From IMG/VR virus record IMGVR_UViG_3300046063_000009: 56,695 nt of DNA, one strand, 5' to 3'. The notes beneath the pieces are model-generated. The model searched no databases. It was not told the origin of the DNA and worked only from the letters and a program-made list of their open reading frames with translations. The DNA is from a virus. Of this stretch, positions 15,182-23,558 are shown piece after piece. The position numbers and the translations under genes were made by a program. Position 1 is the first letter of the stretch, and the number at the start of each line of letters is the position of its first letter.

Positions 15182-15400
15182 TTAGGTAGCGTCGCCCTGC
15201 TCGTCGTCCAGCACGGACGGATCGGGACCGACGATCACACTGCTGGTCGCGGTAGTATCGAAGCGAACATCACAGGAGTAGCAGCGGTACTCGCCGGCTA
15301 CCGCGTCCGCGCCGACGTGGCCCACCGCCTCGGAACCACACAACGGGCATGGAGGCTCCGGCGAGGCATCGCCCCGATCGCACGACGGATCGTTACCCAT
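15182..15400 (-). CDS. Zinc-ribbon protein (72 aa)
   Basis: CPLCGSE...CYSCD; ATG start; acidic. Confidence 0.7.
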   Translation of the reverse strand: MGNDPSCDRGDASPEPPCPLCGSEAVGHVGADAVAGEYRCYSCDVRFDTTATSSVIVGPDPSVLDDEQGDAT

Positions 15401-15785
15401 CGTCGGCGGCGCTGTCCTCGGCGGGATCGGAGGCGTCCGAGAACAAGAAGCGCCCGGCAGCCTGGTCGCCGGTGAGCGTCACCTGATCCTCGTCGACGTC
15501 GGCGAACAGCGGTGCCTGCTTGTCGGCAGACTGCCGGTCGGGTGCGCCAGTATCGGCGCGATCATCGACGCCGAACTCGCTGGCAGTAGGCCGATCGGTG
15601 ACCGACTCGGGATCGCCCGGATCGACTTGCGCTCCGTAATCGGTGAGCGAGCTTGGCGCGTCGGTCGGCGCTTCGACGGTCGCTCGACCAGCACCATCGA
15701 CGGCGAACTCGTGCTGCACATCGATAGCGGGGTGTGACCGATTCCCCTCGGCAGTGATATCGGCGTCCTCATCGCCCTGGGCCAT
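15393..15785 (-). CDS. Hypothetical highly acidic protein (130 aa)
   Basis: ATG at 15785, start/stop overlaps on both sides, D/E-rich. Confidence 0.7.
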   Translation of the reverse strand: MAQGDEDADITAEGNRSHPAIDVQHEFAVDGAGRATVEAPTDAPSSLTDYGAQVDPGDPESVTDRPTASEFGVDDRADTGAPDRQSADKQAPLFADVDEDQVTLTGDQAAGRFLFSDASDPAEDSAADDG

Positions 15786-16069
15786 CAGCTCTCGACCTCC
15801 TCGGAGGCGGAGTCGGCGTCGGTATCGGTGCTCGCCTGCTCGCCGTCGGCGTCATAGCGCTCGCGGCGGACGGAGCACTCGTCGAGCGAGCGGTGGGTAT
15901 CGACGTGGTTACAGACCGTGCACCGATAGATCTCGCGCGTCGATCCGCTGGGGTACTCGACGGTCTCGGCTTCGTAATCGTGGCGCGTCTCGGCGAACTC
16001 CGCCCGGCTCATCTCCGCGTCCTCGTCCTCGACGGGCAAACCGTCGAACGGGTGGGTGTAGAGTCGCAT
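15785..16069 (-). CDS. Small Cys-containing protein (94 aa)
   Basis: Trimmed to the ATG at 16069 (MRLYTHPFDGLPVEDEDAE...CTVCNHVDTHRSLDEC), giving an ATGA overlap with the upstream gene. Confidence 0.65.
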   Translation of the reverse strand: MRLYTHPFDGLPVEDEDAEMSRAEFAETRHDYEAETVEYPSGSTREIYRCTVCNHVDTHRSLDECSVRRERYDADGEQASTDTDADSASEEVES

Positions 16070-16671
16070 CACGCCACCTCCAGCTCCTGCTCCTGCTCCT
16101 GCTCTCGATCGCGGGTGCGTGCTCGTGGCTGCACCGCTGCGAGCCACACGTCGTACTCATCGATCTCAGCAGCGGCGCACCGCGTCGCGTCCATGCACGC
16201 CGGGCAGGGGAGGCGTGGGCCGAGCGGGCCGTCACACCGCGAGTCGTTATCGGTGGGACAGCCGTGTTCCGCAGCGAAGCGGGCAACCTGTGCGACCGTC
16301 CGGGTCACGCGCTGGTCGGGGTCGATCAGGGCGACCAGCGAAGCGCGCAGCAGGTGCTTACAGCCGAGACCGCGATACTCGCAGTCGGGGCAGGTACACG
16401 CGCCGGTTGCGAGATCGACGCGGTAGGTGTCGGTCTCGCTGCCGTCGCCGGTCGCGGCGACATCCACCAGGCCCCCCGCGTCGGGGGTGGGAACGACAGC
16501 GAGGATCGGAGCCTGTAAGCAGGCGCGCTCGTAGCGGCCAGTCTCGATCGCGGCGGCGGTCAACTCGGAGTGCTCCGGGGCGAGCTGTGGCTCACTGGTC
16601 GTGGTTGTCGGGTCGGACGATACAGCGTCAGCTTCTTTGTCGGGGGTTGTGTTCGATGCCATGCGTACCAT
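16069..16671 (-). CDS. SWIM zinc-finger protein
   Basis: CTCPDCEYRGLGCKHLLRA fits the SWIM CxCxnCxH pattern, and further Cys clusters follow downstream. Confidence 0.65.
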   Translation of the reverse strand: MVRMASNTTPDKEADAVSSDPTTTTSEPQLAPEHSELTAAAIETGRYERACLQAPILAVVPTPDAGGLVDVAATGDGSETDTYRVDLATGACTCPDCEYRGLGCKHLLRASLVALIDPDQRVTRTVAQVARFAAEHGCPTDNDSRCDGPLGPRLPCPACMDATRCAAAEIDEYDVWLAAVQPRARTRDREQEQEQELEVA

Positions 16672-16788
16672 TCCGCTGAAGCGAGGCGCGACCCGGACGG
16701 TGCGTCACCACCGTCCACGCAACTCTCATCGGCGCGCGCTGCACTGTACGGAGAGCTGGCTGGCCGTCCATCGCTTCGCTAGCAGTTA

Positions 16789-16825
16789 GTGCCCCGTTAT
16801 AGATAAATGTAGGGCATAGCGATAG
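16789..16825 (-). promoter_or_regulatory. Conserved viral promoter, copy b
   Basis: Coding strand reads CTATCGCTATGCCCTACATTTATCTATAACGGGGCAC. Confidence 0.6.
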
Positions 16826-16881
16826 CGGTCGCGGTGCCGGTGCACACCTATCGCTCGGCGATCGGCGCGTGCTGCGCGGGC

Positions 16882-17046
16882 CTACCCTGTTAGGTCATCG
16901 TGGAGCGCTTCGAGCGTATCGAGTTCGTCGGCGAGTTGCGCGCGCTGGTTGGCATCGAGATCTGTATGGGAGCGCGCTAGCGTCAGTTCATCAATCGCGG
17001 TAGCGAGCCGGTCGTCGGGGGCGGGAGGAGAGTACGCCGATCCCAT
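16882..17046 (-). CDS. Small acidic protein (54 aa), not in the ORF track
   Basis: Hand translation MGSAYSPPAPDDRLATAIDELTLARSHTDLDANQRAQLADELDTLEALHDDLTG*. A TATA-like GTATTTATCG lies 22 nt upstream of the ATG. Confidence 0.5.
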   Translation of the reverse strand: MGSAYSPPAPDDRLATAIDELTLARSHTDLDANQRAQLADELDTLEALHDDLTG

Positions 17047-17270
17047 GGCCGCTGGTTCGGCGGGTTAGTCGATAAATACGGGGGACAGTGCTGCTGGGAT
17101 AACGTCTGACGGACCCGAGAATTATACGATGCGGCCGTAAAGGTGGCCTCACGGGCCGCGAGGAAGGTGCCGATGCACCCTCTGGTACTGTCGACGTGGA
17201 TCGGCACCGACACAGGCATCTCACCCCGTCGCCTCGCGGTTCCGAATCACCACCCTCGAGGAGCGGTCGA

Positions 17271-19118
17271 TCAGAGCACGTCCGACCGGAGGTCATCGAT
17301 CTGGTCGCGACGGCTCTGCTGCTCTATGATCTGTTCGAGGCCGGCGATGTTCAGCGAGTAGGCCTTCTTCCGGCCCTGTTTGTGCTCGGTGAGGATGTTC
17401 TGCTCGGCGAGGCCCGAGAGCACGGAGCGGACGGTGGTTTTGCCCGCATCGATCATCGGAAGCACGTCATCAACCGTCTGGGGACCGTCGACATCGGCGA
17501 GGTAGAACACGACCTTCCAGAAGTGCTCGTCCGAGCGGTCGGCCGACTCGGCGACAGCGGTGATCTGCTCGCGGACCGGATCGGCCCGGAGGAACTCGAC
17601 TCGCTCAGTGAAGTCCTCCGAGACGACTGAGGCGCGCTCGCGTAGCTGTTCGTTCTCCGCTTGGAGGTCTTCGACCGTCTCGCTCAGGTCATTGACCTCC
17701 GCCTGGAGGGCATCGCGGTCCTCGCGTACGGCGTCGAGCTCGTCGGTCGTCCCCTCGGAGGTGACCGGGTCGAACTCATCGGGACCGAAGCGCCGGAGAA
17801 CGGACTCGGCCTGCTCAACGAGATCCCCGCGCAACGATTCGAGGTCGCGCAGCGTTTCGAGTTCGGCTTCCAGTTGCTCTATCTGCTCGCGCTGCTCGGT
17901 GTGCTCCGCGCGGGCCTCCTCAAGTGCCTGCGACGTCTCCGATAGCTCCTTTTCGAGCTCGGCGCGCTCGGCGCGCAGCTCCTCTACCTGCTCGACTAGC
18001 TCCGGGGCCTGCACCTCCTCGGCGATGCTCCCCGAGACCTCGCCGGACTCGGCCATGTCGAAGAACTGCTGCATCGCGCGAGCGAGGCGGTTGTCGTCCT
18101 CGCGGGCCTCTTGAAGCTGGTCTACCCGCTCGGCGAGACGTTCGCGTTCGCTGCGTAGCTGGTCGATCTCGGCTTCCCGCTCGCTGCGCTGTTCGGCGTC
18201 GGCTTCGACCTCCTCTTGGAGCTCGGCGAGGACGGCTGCGAGGTCCTCGTCTGGATCTGGCAGGCTAAAGGTCTCCTCGCGGGGGTCGGGCGAGCGGCGC
18301 TTGCGAACGTCGGTCGGGCCGACGAGCGCGCCATTAGTGATCGTCCGACCACGCGCCATGATCTCGCCGACGTCCAGGGCGAGCAGCGTGCTGGCCTCGC
18401 ACTGGAGGGACTTCGCTGCGCGCTGGGCATCGTCGCCCTCGAGACCGTGGGCGATCCAGTCCTGGCAGAGCCGAATCACGCCGTTGTGGATGAACGCGCG
18501 GCGCTGGTAGCTCACGACCGTCGAGATCCCGAGGTTTCCCCCCTCGGTGGCAGCGCGGATCAGCTCGCCGCGACAGCGCCGGACGTACTCGCCTTTCTCC
18601 TCGGGCTCCGGTGCGTTGTCCTTCGGCGCGAGCCAGTGGGCCTCGTCGCCGACCAGCAACGAGCGGGTCCGATCGCCGGCTCGATACTTAGCGTGAGCGC
18701 GCTCGTTGAGCGACCGGAGCGCTTTCGCTGCCGCGAGGTGGACGCGCGAGCGCTCCTCAGTGGGATCAGCGTAGGTCGAAACGTCCACCAGCAGCTTCAT
18801 CCCGCGATCGAGAACCCACTCGCCGACGCGCTCCAGGTCATCGAGCGAGACGGCGAGATCGATCCCCTCGGCTTGGCGTGCGCCAACCACCACGAGATCG
18901 GCGTCTTCGTGGCGGACGGGAGTGAGCGCGCCGAGGCGTTCGATCACGAGCGTCGGCAGGCCCACTCCGGCGAGGTCTTCGAGCACGACGGCATCCGTGT
19001 TCGACTTCCCCGTGTTCGAGGTGCCCTCGATTGAGAGCCGGAAGTCGTTCGCGGCGACGGGATCGAACTCGATCGACCCGAGTGTGACGGTGCTGTCGGC
19101 TTCGCTCTCAGTGCTCAT
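17271..19118 (-). CDS. HerA/FtsK-like P-loop ATPase with a long coiled coil and a C-terminal winged-helix domain
   Basis: Walker A SIEGTSNTGKSNT and Walker B LLVGDEAHWLAP. About 200 aa of heptad-like E/R/L-rich sequence. C-terminus GKTTVRSVLSGLAEQNILTEHKQGRKKAYSLN. Trimmed to the ATG at 19118. Confidence 0.6.
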   Translation of the reverse strand: MSTESEADSTVTLGSIEFDPVAANDFRLSIEGTSNTGKSNTDAVVLEDLAGVGLPTLVIERLGALTPVRHEDADLVVVGARQAEGIDLAVSLDDLERVGEWVLDRGMKLLVDVSTYADPTEERSRVHLAAAKALRSLNERAHAKYRAGDRTRSLLVGDEAHWLAPKDNAPEPEEKGEYVRRCRGELIRAATEGGNLGISTVVSYQRRAFIHNGVIRLCQDWIAHGLEGDDAQRAAKSLQCEASTLLALDVGEIMARGRTITNGALVGPTDVRKRRSPDPREETFSLPDPDEDLAAVLAELQEEVEADAEQRSEREAEIDQLRSERERLAERVDQLQEAREDDNRLARAMQQFFDMAESGEVSGSIAEEVQAPELVEQVEELRAERAELEKELSETSQALEEARAEHTEQREQIEQLEAELETLRDLESLRGDLVEQAESVLRRFGPDEFDPVTSEGTTDELDAVREDRDALQAEVNDLSETVEDLQAENEQLRERASVVSEDFTERVEFLRADPVREQITAVAESADRSDEHFWKVVFYLADVDGPQTVDDVLPMIDAGKTTVRSVLSGLAEQNILTEHKQGRKKAYSLNIAGLEQIIEQQSRRDQIDDLRSDVL

Positions 19119-19395
19119 CGTCGGACTCCGCTGGGAGCGCGTACACGCCGACGTGAAGCGGCTCGTCTTTGCCATCGCAGACCGATTCGCCGGGCGAGAG
19201 GTAGCGGTGCATCGTCCCGCTGGTGAACGTCGATAGCTCCACCAGTACCACGCTATCAGGTTGGCGCTCCGCGCTGCCGGGTACATCCTCCCAGGAGGGA
19301 TACGTAGACACTACCGTCGGGTCGCCGAGGCTGTCGCCGGTCTCTGGAGCGGAGAGAGTCTGCACCTCCTTCTCGTAGGAAGCGGGCTCACCCAT
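19108..19395 (-). CDS. Hypothetical protein (95 aa)
   Basis: ATG start, operon overlaps, acidic. Confidence 0.7.
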   Translation of the reverse strand: MGEPASYEKEVQTLSAPETGDSLGDPTVVSTYPSWEDVPGSAERQPDSVVLVELSTFTSGTMHRYLSPGESVCDGKDEPLHVGVYALPAESDDEH

Positions 19396-19780
19396 CGTCG
19401 GACTCCTCGGAGTGCTTCTCGCGTAGGTACGGGGGCAGCGTCCGGGTCCCTAAATCGGTCCACTCACTCGGGTCCGAGAGCTTCAGCGCGATCTGCACCG
19501 CCTCGACTTCCGACAGGTCGTGCTCGTCGGCAACGGCACGCAGCAGGGTTCCGATATGTGCGAACTGCCGCTCGTCCTCTAGCTCCTCGTCTTCTGTGCC
19601 GGTGACGGTAGCGATCCCCGCATCGACCTCGATCAGCGCGGTGTAGGAGCTGCTGTTTTCGAGGAGGTCCTTTGCCTGCTGGACCGCTTCGTCGTAGTCA
19701 TCGGCGTCGAGTTCGGCGGGGTCATCGAAGGGGTGCGTCGTCGCCTCGACCGGGATCGAGTTATCAGACTCGTCACTCAT
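19388..19780 (-). CDS. Hypothetical acidic protein (130 aa)
   Basis: ATG start, 8-nt overlaps on both sides. Confidence 0.7.
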   Translation of the reverse strand: MSDESDNSIPVEATTHPFDDPAELDADDYDEAVQQAKDLLENSSSYTALIEVDAGIATVTGTEDEELEDERQFAHIGTLLRAVADEHDLSEVEAVQIALKLSDPSEWTDLGTRTLPPYLREKHSEESDDG

Positions 19781-20246
19781 CGTGGCCTCCGGTGGCGAAG
19801 CGGTCGAGATCGTCGGCTACCTCAACGGCCAGGCTCGCCGGGCGATCGTAGACGAACTCTAGCTCGTCGCCAGCGTGCGCGCCGAAGCTGGTCGTCTCGC
19901 CGTCTACCTCCTGGGTGAGGGTGACGGGTGACTCGACGGAGTGCTCACTTTTTTTCGGCGTCGGGTCGTCGGTGGGGCGATCGAAAAATCGATTCAGGCG
20001 ATCCTGGAGCGCGAGCAACTCCGCACGCTCGCAGGGGATCACGGTGGTTGCCTCCCGGTCGTCGGGACTGAGCACGAGGCCGTAGTCGTGGCGCGCCTCC
20101 GCGCCGAATGACTGGGGGAGCGCGACCCCGAACAGTCGGTGCTCGTCTGGATCGAAGTCGAGCGGCGCGCGCTCCTCGTGGTCGGTGTCAGTAGCGGTCT
20201 CTGCGGTGCTCTCGCGGTCGGGGTCGGATCGTGGATCGTCGGTCAT
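19773..20246 (-). CDS. Hypothetical acidic protein (157 aa)
   Basis: Track ORF trimmed to the ATG at 20246 (MTDDPRSDPDRESTAE...). The upstream extension is an Arg-rich shadow. Confidence 0.65.
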   Translation of the reverse strand: MTDDPRSDPDRESTAETATDTDHEERAPLDFDPDEHRLFGVALPQSFGAEARHDYGLVLSPDDREATTVIPCERAELLALQDRLNRFFDRPTDDPTPKKSEHSVESPVTLTQEVDGETTSFGAHAGDELEFVYDRPASLAVEVADDLDRFATGGHDE

Positions 20247-20353
20247 GGTAGGTAGGTCATGGTAGGTCGGTCGTGGGTCGGCGGTCGGTGGTCCGGTAGC
20301 GGTGAGCCGGTGCCGTAGGCGTCTCGCGGTCCGAGAGGGTTCAATAGAGCGGG

Positions 20354-20632
20354 CTACTCTTCGCTGGGGAGCACTTCGTCGTGCAGATCGGAGAGCTGGT
20401 CGCGACGCCGACGCTCGACCAGCGAGAGCCGACGGTCTGACGTACCGAGTAGCGCTACGAGGGCAGCGGCGTGCTCGTCGCTCGCTCCGCAGTGATTGTT
20501 CTCCCATGCGGCGACAGCGTTGTGCGTCACATCGAGCCGGTTGCCGACATCAGCTTGCGACCAGCCGCGCGCCTCGCGACGCTCGCGGAGCTCGGCACCC
20601 AGCGGCGGGGTGGGGTCGGGATCCTCAGACAT
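20354..20632 (-). CDS. XRE/Cro-type HTH transcriptional regulator
   Basis: LRERREARGWSQADVGNRLDVTHNAVAAWENN is a classic HTH_3 signature. Trimmed to the ATG at 20632. Confidence 0.8.
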   Translation of the reverse strand: MSEDPDPTPPLGAELRERREARGWSQADVGNRLDVTHNAVAAWENNHCGASDEHAAALVALLGTSDRRLSLVERRRRDQLSDLHDEVLPSEE

Positions 20633-20894
20633 CGCTGTTTTCGGTCCGGTTGCCGACGATCGCGACGATCTCCTCTGCACCGCCGATCCGCGCGCGCCCC
20701 GCTCGCAGGAGATTATCGACGTTCGACGCGCTCGTATCCATGAGATCGGCCGCTTCCCGCCGCCCGACCCCGTGGATCTCCCGGAGCGCGTAGGCAAGCG
20801 CCTGGCGCTCGCCGATGATTTTTGTCGTGGCGAGGCGGTCGGCGTCCGCTCGAATCCGGTCAGCGACCCCTGGCTTCGAATCGACCCCGTTCAT
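20625..20894 (-). CDS. HTH DNA-binding protein (sigma-70 region 4 / LuxR-like)
   Basis: GERQALAYALREIHGVGRREAADLMDTSASNVDNLLRAGRARI. Confidence 0.5.
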   Translation of the reverse strand: MNGVDSKPGVADRIRADADRLATTKIIGERQALAYALREIHGVGRREAADLMDTSASNVDNLLRAGRARIGGAEEIVAIVGNRTENSDV

Positions 20895-21145
20895 CGGGGC
20901 TCGAAGACTGCCTTCTCGGGGCTGCCGTGGACTTTTTCAAACCCAAAGTGCTCGATGACCTCGGCGACGAACCCGAGGTCTTCCATCCGGCTGAGTGTCT
21001 GACCGGGAGTGACGACGACCCGTTCGTCGCTGTGCGCGAGTTCGTACCCTACATCGACGAGGGTTTTGCCGTCGGCTTGGTGGATGTCGTTAGCACGCAG
21101 TTCCTCGGGGACGGCTGTCGTTTCAGTGGTGTTGTGGTCCGTCAT
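20891..21145 (-). CDS. Hypothetical protein (84 aa)
   Basis: Trimmed to the ATG at 21145 (MTDHNTTETTAVPEE...). Confidence 0.65.
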   Translation of the reverse strand: MTDHNTTETTAVPEELRANDIHQADGKTLVDVGYELAHSDERVVVTPGQTLSRMEDLGFVAEVIEHFGFEKVHGSPEKAVFEPR

Positions 21146-21268
21146 GGTCCGTCTACACCGCACCCTAAGAGGTGCAACCACTTAAACTTGCCCCTATAGA
21201 AATGCAAACCCAGGTCGCGGGGGTTAGGAAGCCCCCCAACCTACTTTGCTCGCGCTGACGCGCTCGTT

Positions 21269-21820
21269 TCAGGGGTCTTCGGAGTCCGCGCCGAAGCGGC
21301 CTGCCTGCGCGTACTCGTGCGCCCGGTTCACGATCTCGGCGTTGGCCACGCTCTCGCCCACTATGCGCAGGAACTTCACGTCGCCCTTGTCGCCGCGTTC
21401 GAGCATCACGTCGAACAGGTCGGAGAGCAGGTCGAAGCGAACCTCGTCCTGCACTCGATCGCCGTGGGCGCGTTCCGTCTCGATCCGCAGCAGGCGCGCT
21501 TCGGGGAAGTCGTACACGTCGCTCGGCTCGTTACGCGCGGAGCCGACGTACACGCACGTCCACACCGTGTCGCTCTCGGTAGCGTAGAAGCGCGTGTTGC
21601 CGTAGTTCTCCAGCAGCGCGTAGCCCTCGCGCTCGACCCACTCGTCTGCGCGGTCGGCGGCCTTCGCCTGCACCTGCATCGGGCGGCCCTGCGCGAGATC
21701 GAGCACGACGTCTCCTGGCTCGATCGGCAGGTCGCCTGTACGGGCTCGTGGAGCCGGCGTCGCCTGCTGATCTGTCTCGCTGTCCTGTGCCTCTGTCGTA
21801 GCGTGGTCGGGTTCGCTCAT
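21269..21820 (-). CDS. Hypothetical acidic protein (183 aa)
   Basis: The ATG at 21820 lies 16 nt after promoter copy c (the track start 21832 is a GTG). N-terminus MSEPDHATTEAQ is paralogous to that of the next gene. Confidence 0.75.
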   Translation of the reverse strand: MSEPDHATTEAQDSETDQQATPAPRARTGDLPIEPGDVVLDLAQGRPMQVQAKAADRADEWVEREGYALLENYGNTRFYATESDTVWTCVYVGSARNEPSDVYDFPEARLLRIETERAHGDRVQDEVRFDLLSDLFDVMLERGDKGDVKFLRIVGESVANAEIVNRAHEYAQAGRFGADSEDP

Positions 21821-21836
21821 GCTACGTCCCACCTAA

Positions 21837-21871
21837 CTACCCGCAAGAAAATAAATGTATAGCATAGCGCC
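21837..21871 (-). promoter_or_regulatory. Conserved viral promoter, copy c
   Basis: Coding strand reads GGCGCTATGCTATACATTTATTTTCTTGCGGGTAG, 16 nt before the ATG at 21820. Confidence 0.65.
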
Positions 21872-21945
21872 CGCTCCGCTCTCGGAGACGTGGCTGGCAG
21901 GAAAAGGGTGCAGCACAGCGGCTCGGTGTCGATGCAGCGCGTCGG

Positions 21946-22881
21946 TTACTCGGTGTCCACGTCGAGGTCGCTCATCGCGTGCAGGTGCTCAAGCGCCTCG
22001 CCCTCGTACTTGAACGTCGCCCCGCACGCGCAGGTATATTCGTGCGACATCGATTCCATGCTCACCGAGTCGCCTTTCACCAGCTCGTCGGCGTCGGCGT
22101 CGTAGCCGTACTCGAACCGCTCGGCGAACACCACCTCCACCTCGATCCCGTGCTCGATCTCGCCGATCTCAGCCAGGAGATCGAGCATCGCGGTGCGCAC
22201 GCGGTCGAGCGAGCGCACGATGTTGGTCGCGCTGCCGTTCTCAGGGACCTCCACGTACAGGCCCTCGGCGTCTACGTCGAAGGCGTCGGCGATCGTGCGC
22301 GCCTGCTCGACGGAGCCGACCTTTACGATCGACTTGTAGTTGATCGCGTCGAGCGCTGCGTCGGCGTGCTCGTAGTCGCCGCCGTTTAGCAGCGCCTCGC
22401 CGTGCTCGCGCGCTGCCTGGGCGTGCCATTCCATCGTGAACGCATCGGGGAGCAACGTGGGCTCGTAGTTCTCCGCGTCGGTGCCCTCGAGAGCGCGCTC
22501 GGCGTCCTCGATCGTCTGCTCGGTGTCGGTGTCGTCGCTGTCGTCTGCCTGCTCCGCCTCGGGGTCGCTCTCGTTCTCGGCCTCGTCCTCGTCGGCGATC
22601 TTCTCGGCCTGCTCGTCGGCATCCAGCGCCTCGTTGACCAGGACCTCATCGACCTTGGCTTCGAGGATCGCGTCGTACAGGTCGGCGGTCTTCTTCCCGA
22701 CCGGCGAGACGCCTGGCGTCTCGCTCGCCAGGGGTTTGAGATCGCCGTAGACGATCTCGCCATCGTCGTCGCGCGTCTTGTAGTCGAGTGCCTTCTGCAC
22801 CTGCTCGCGCACGTCCTCGACGCGCGCGTCGTCAATATCTTCGATCTGTACCTCGGTCGTAGCGTCGTCAGTTTCGCTCAT
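21946..22881 (-). CDS. Hypothetical highly acidic protein (311 aa)
   Basis: The ATG at 22881 lies 16 nt after promoter copy d. N-terminus MSETDDATTEVQ. Confidence 0.75.
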   Translation of the reverse strand: MSETDDATTEVQIEDIDDARVEDVREQVQKALDYKTRDDDGEIVYGDLKPLASETPGVSPVGKKTADLYDAILEAKVDEVLVNEALDADEQAEKIADEDEAENESDPEAEQADDSDDTDTEQTIEDAERALEGTDAENYEPTLLPDAFTMEWHAQAAREHGEALLNGGDYEHADAALDAINYKSIVKVGSVEQARTIADAFDVDAEGLYVEVPENGSATNIVRSLDRVRTAMLDLLAEIGEIEHGIEVEVVFAERFEYGYDADADELVKGDSVSMESMSHEYTCACGATFKYEGEALEHLHAMSDLDVDTE

Positions 22882-22897
22882 GCTACACCGCAAAATA

Positions 22898-22933
22898 CTA
22901 CCCGCCGCTATATAAGTGTATGGGGTAGCGGTG
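22898..22933 (-). promoter_or_regulatory. Conserved viral promoter, copy d
   Basis: Coding strand reads CACCGCTACCCCATACACTTATATAGCGGCGGGTAG, 16 nt before the ATG at 22881. Confidence 0.6.
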
Positions 22934-23019
22934 ATTCGGTATCGGGGAGGGCGACCGGAGGGGTCGGCGCGCTTGCCTGCTGTGGCAGGTTTTATTCACG
23001 GTCGCCCGGAGTTAACCCT

Positions 23020-23439
23020 ATGCAACGAGTGATACGCGAGGGCGATGCGGACGATCGGGCGGCGCGCGAGCGCCGTGACCCACCGGCCGGTGGCGAAGAC
23101 GAGGATGGCGAGCCGGCCTGGAGCGAGGATCACGCTACCCGCGACCGGGTTCCCGCGTCAGTATGTGTCGCCTGTAAGACGAGCCAAGGCGATCAGACCG
23201 GCGGCGGCCCGCGGCGGGCGCTGGAGACCGGCGAATACCTCTGTGAGAACTGTCTCGAAAGCCTGCGGCGCTTTCGGCGCGATCGGGAGGTGGTCAGCTT
23301 CGTCGGTCGCGCCGCGGAAGACGAGGAGGCCCGCGCGATCGTCGAGGAATGGTTTCGCGGGTTCATGGACGCCCTGGGTGGCACTGCCGAGACTGTCTAT
23401 CCGGCGGGGCCGAACCGCGATACGCCGCCTCAGCGATAA
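23020..23439 (+). CDS. Zinc-ribbon protein (139 aa)
   Basis: This is the internal ATG of track ORF 22402..23439 (MQRVIREGDADD...CVACK...CENC...). A TATA-like GTTTTATTCA lies 21 nt upstream. It is divergent from the 22881 gene. Confidence 0.65.
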   Translation: MQRVIREGDADDRAARERRDPPAGGEDEDGEPAWSEDHATRDRVPASVCVACKTSQGDQTGGGPRRALETGEYLCENCLESLRRFRRDREVVSFVGRAAEDEEARAIVEEWFRGFMDALGGTAETVYPAGPNRDTPPQR

Positions 23440-23558
23440 GTTCCGACAAGACGGGACGACCGAAGGGCAGTGACACCCTTGCTCGAACCCGTCGACCCCA
23501 GGTGTCGGGCGGGCCGAACGGGCACTTGAGTGCTGCACGCCATCGTAACCGCGCGGCG

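Noticed and set aside
17131-17159. Hairpin GCGGCCGT...ACGGGCCGC as the terminator of the HerA-like operon
   Set aside because: The stem is imperfect, lies more than 110 nt after the stop, and is not followed by an oligo-T run. It is too weak to call.
20241-20300. GGTCATGGTAGGT / GGTCGGT low-complexity repeats upstream of 19773-20246
   Set aside because: These are short degenerate (GGTNG)n-like repeats in a GC-rich leader. The two ATGs they create are out of frame with each other, and no consistent unit or symmetry supports a functional call.
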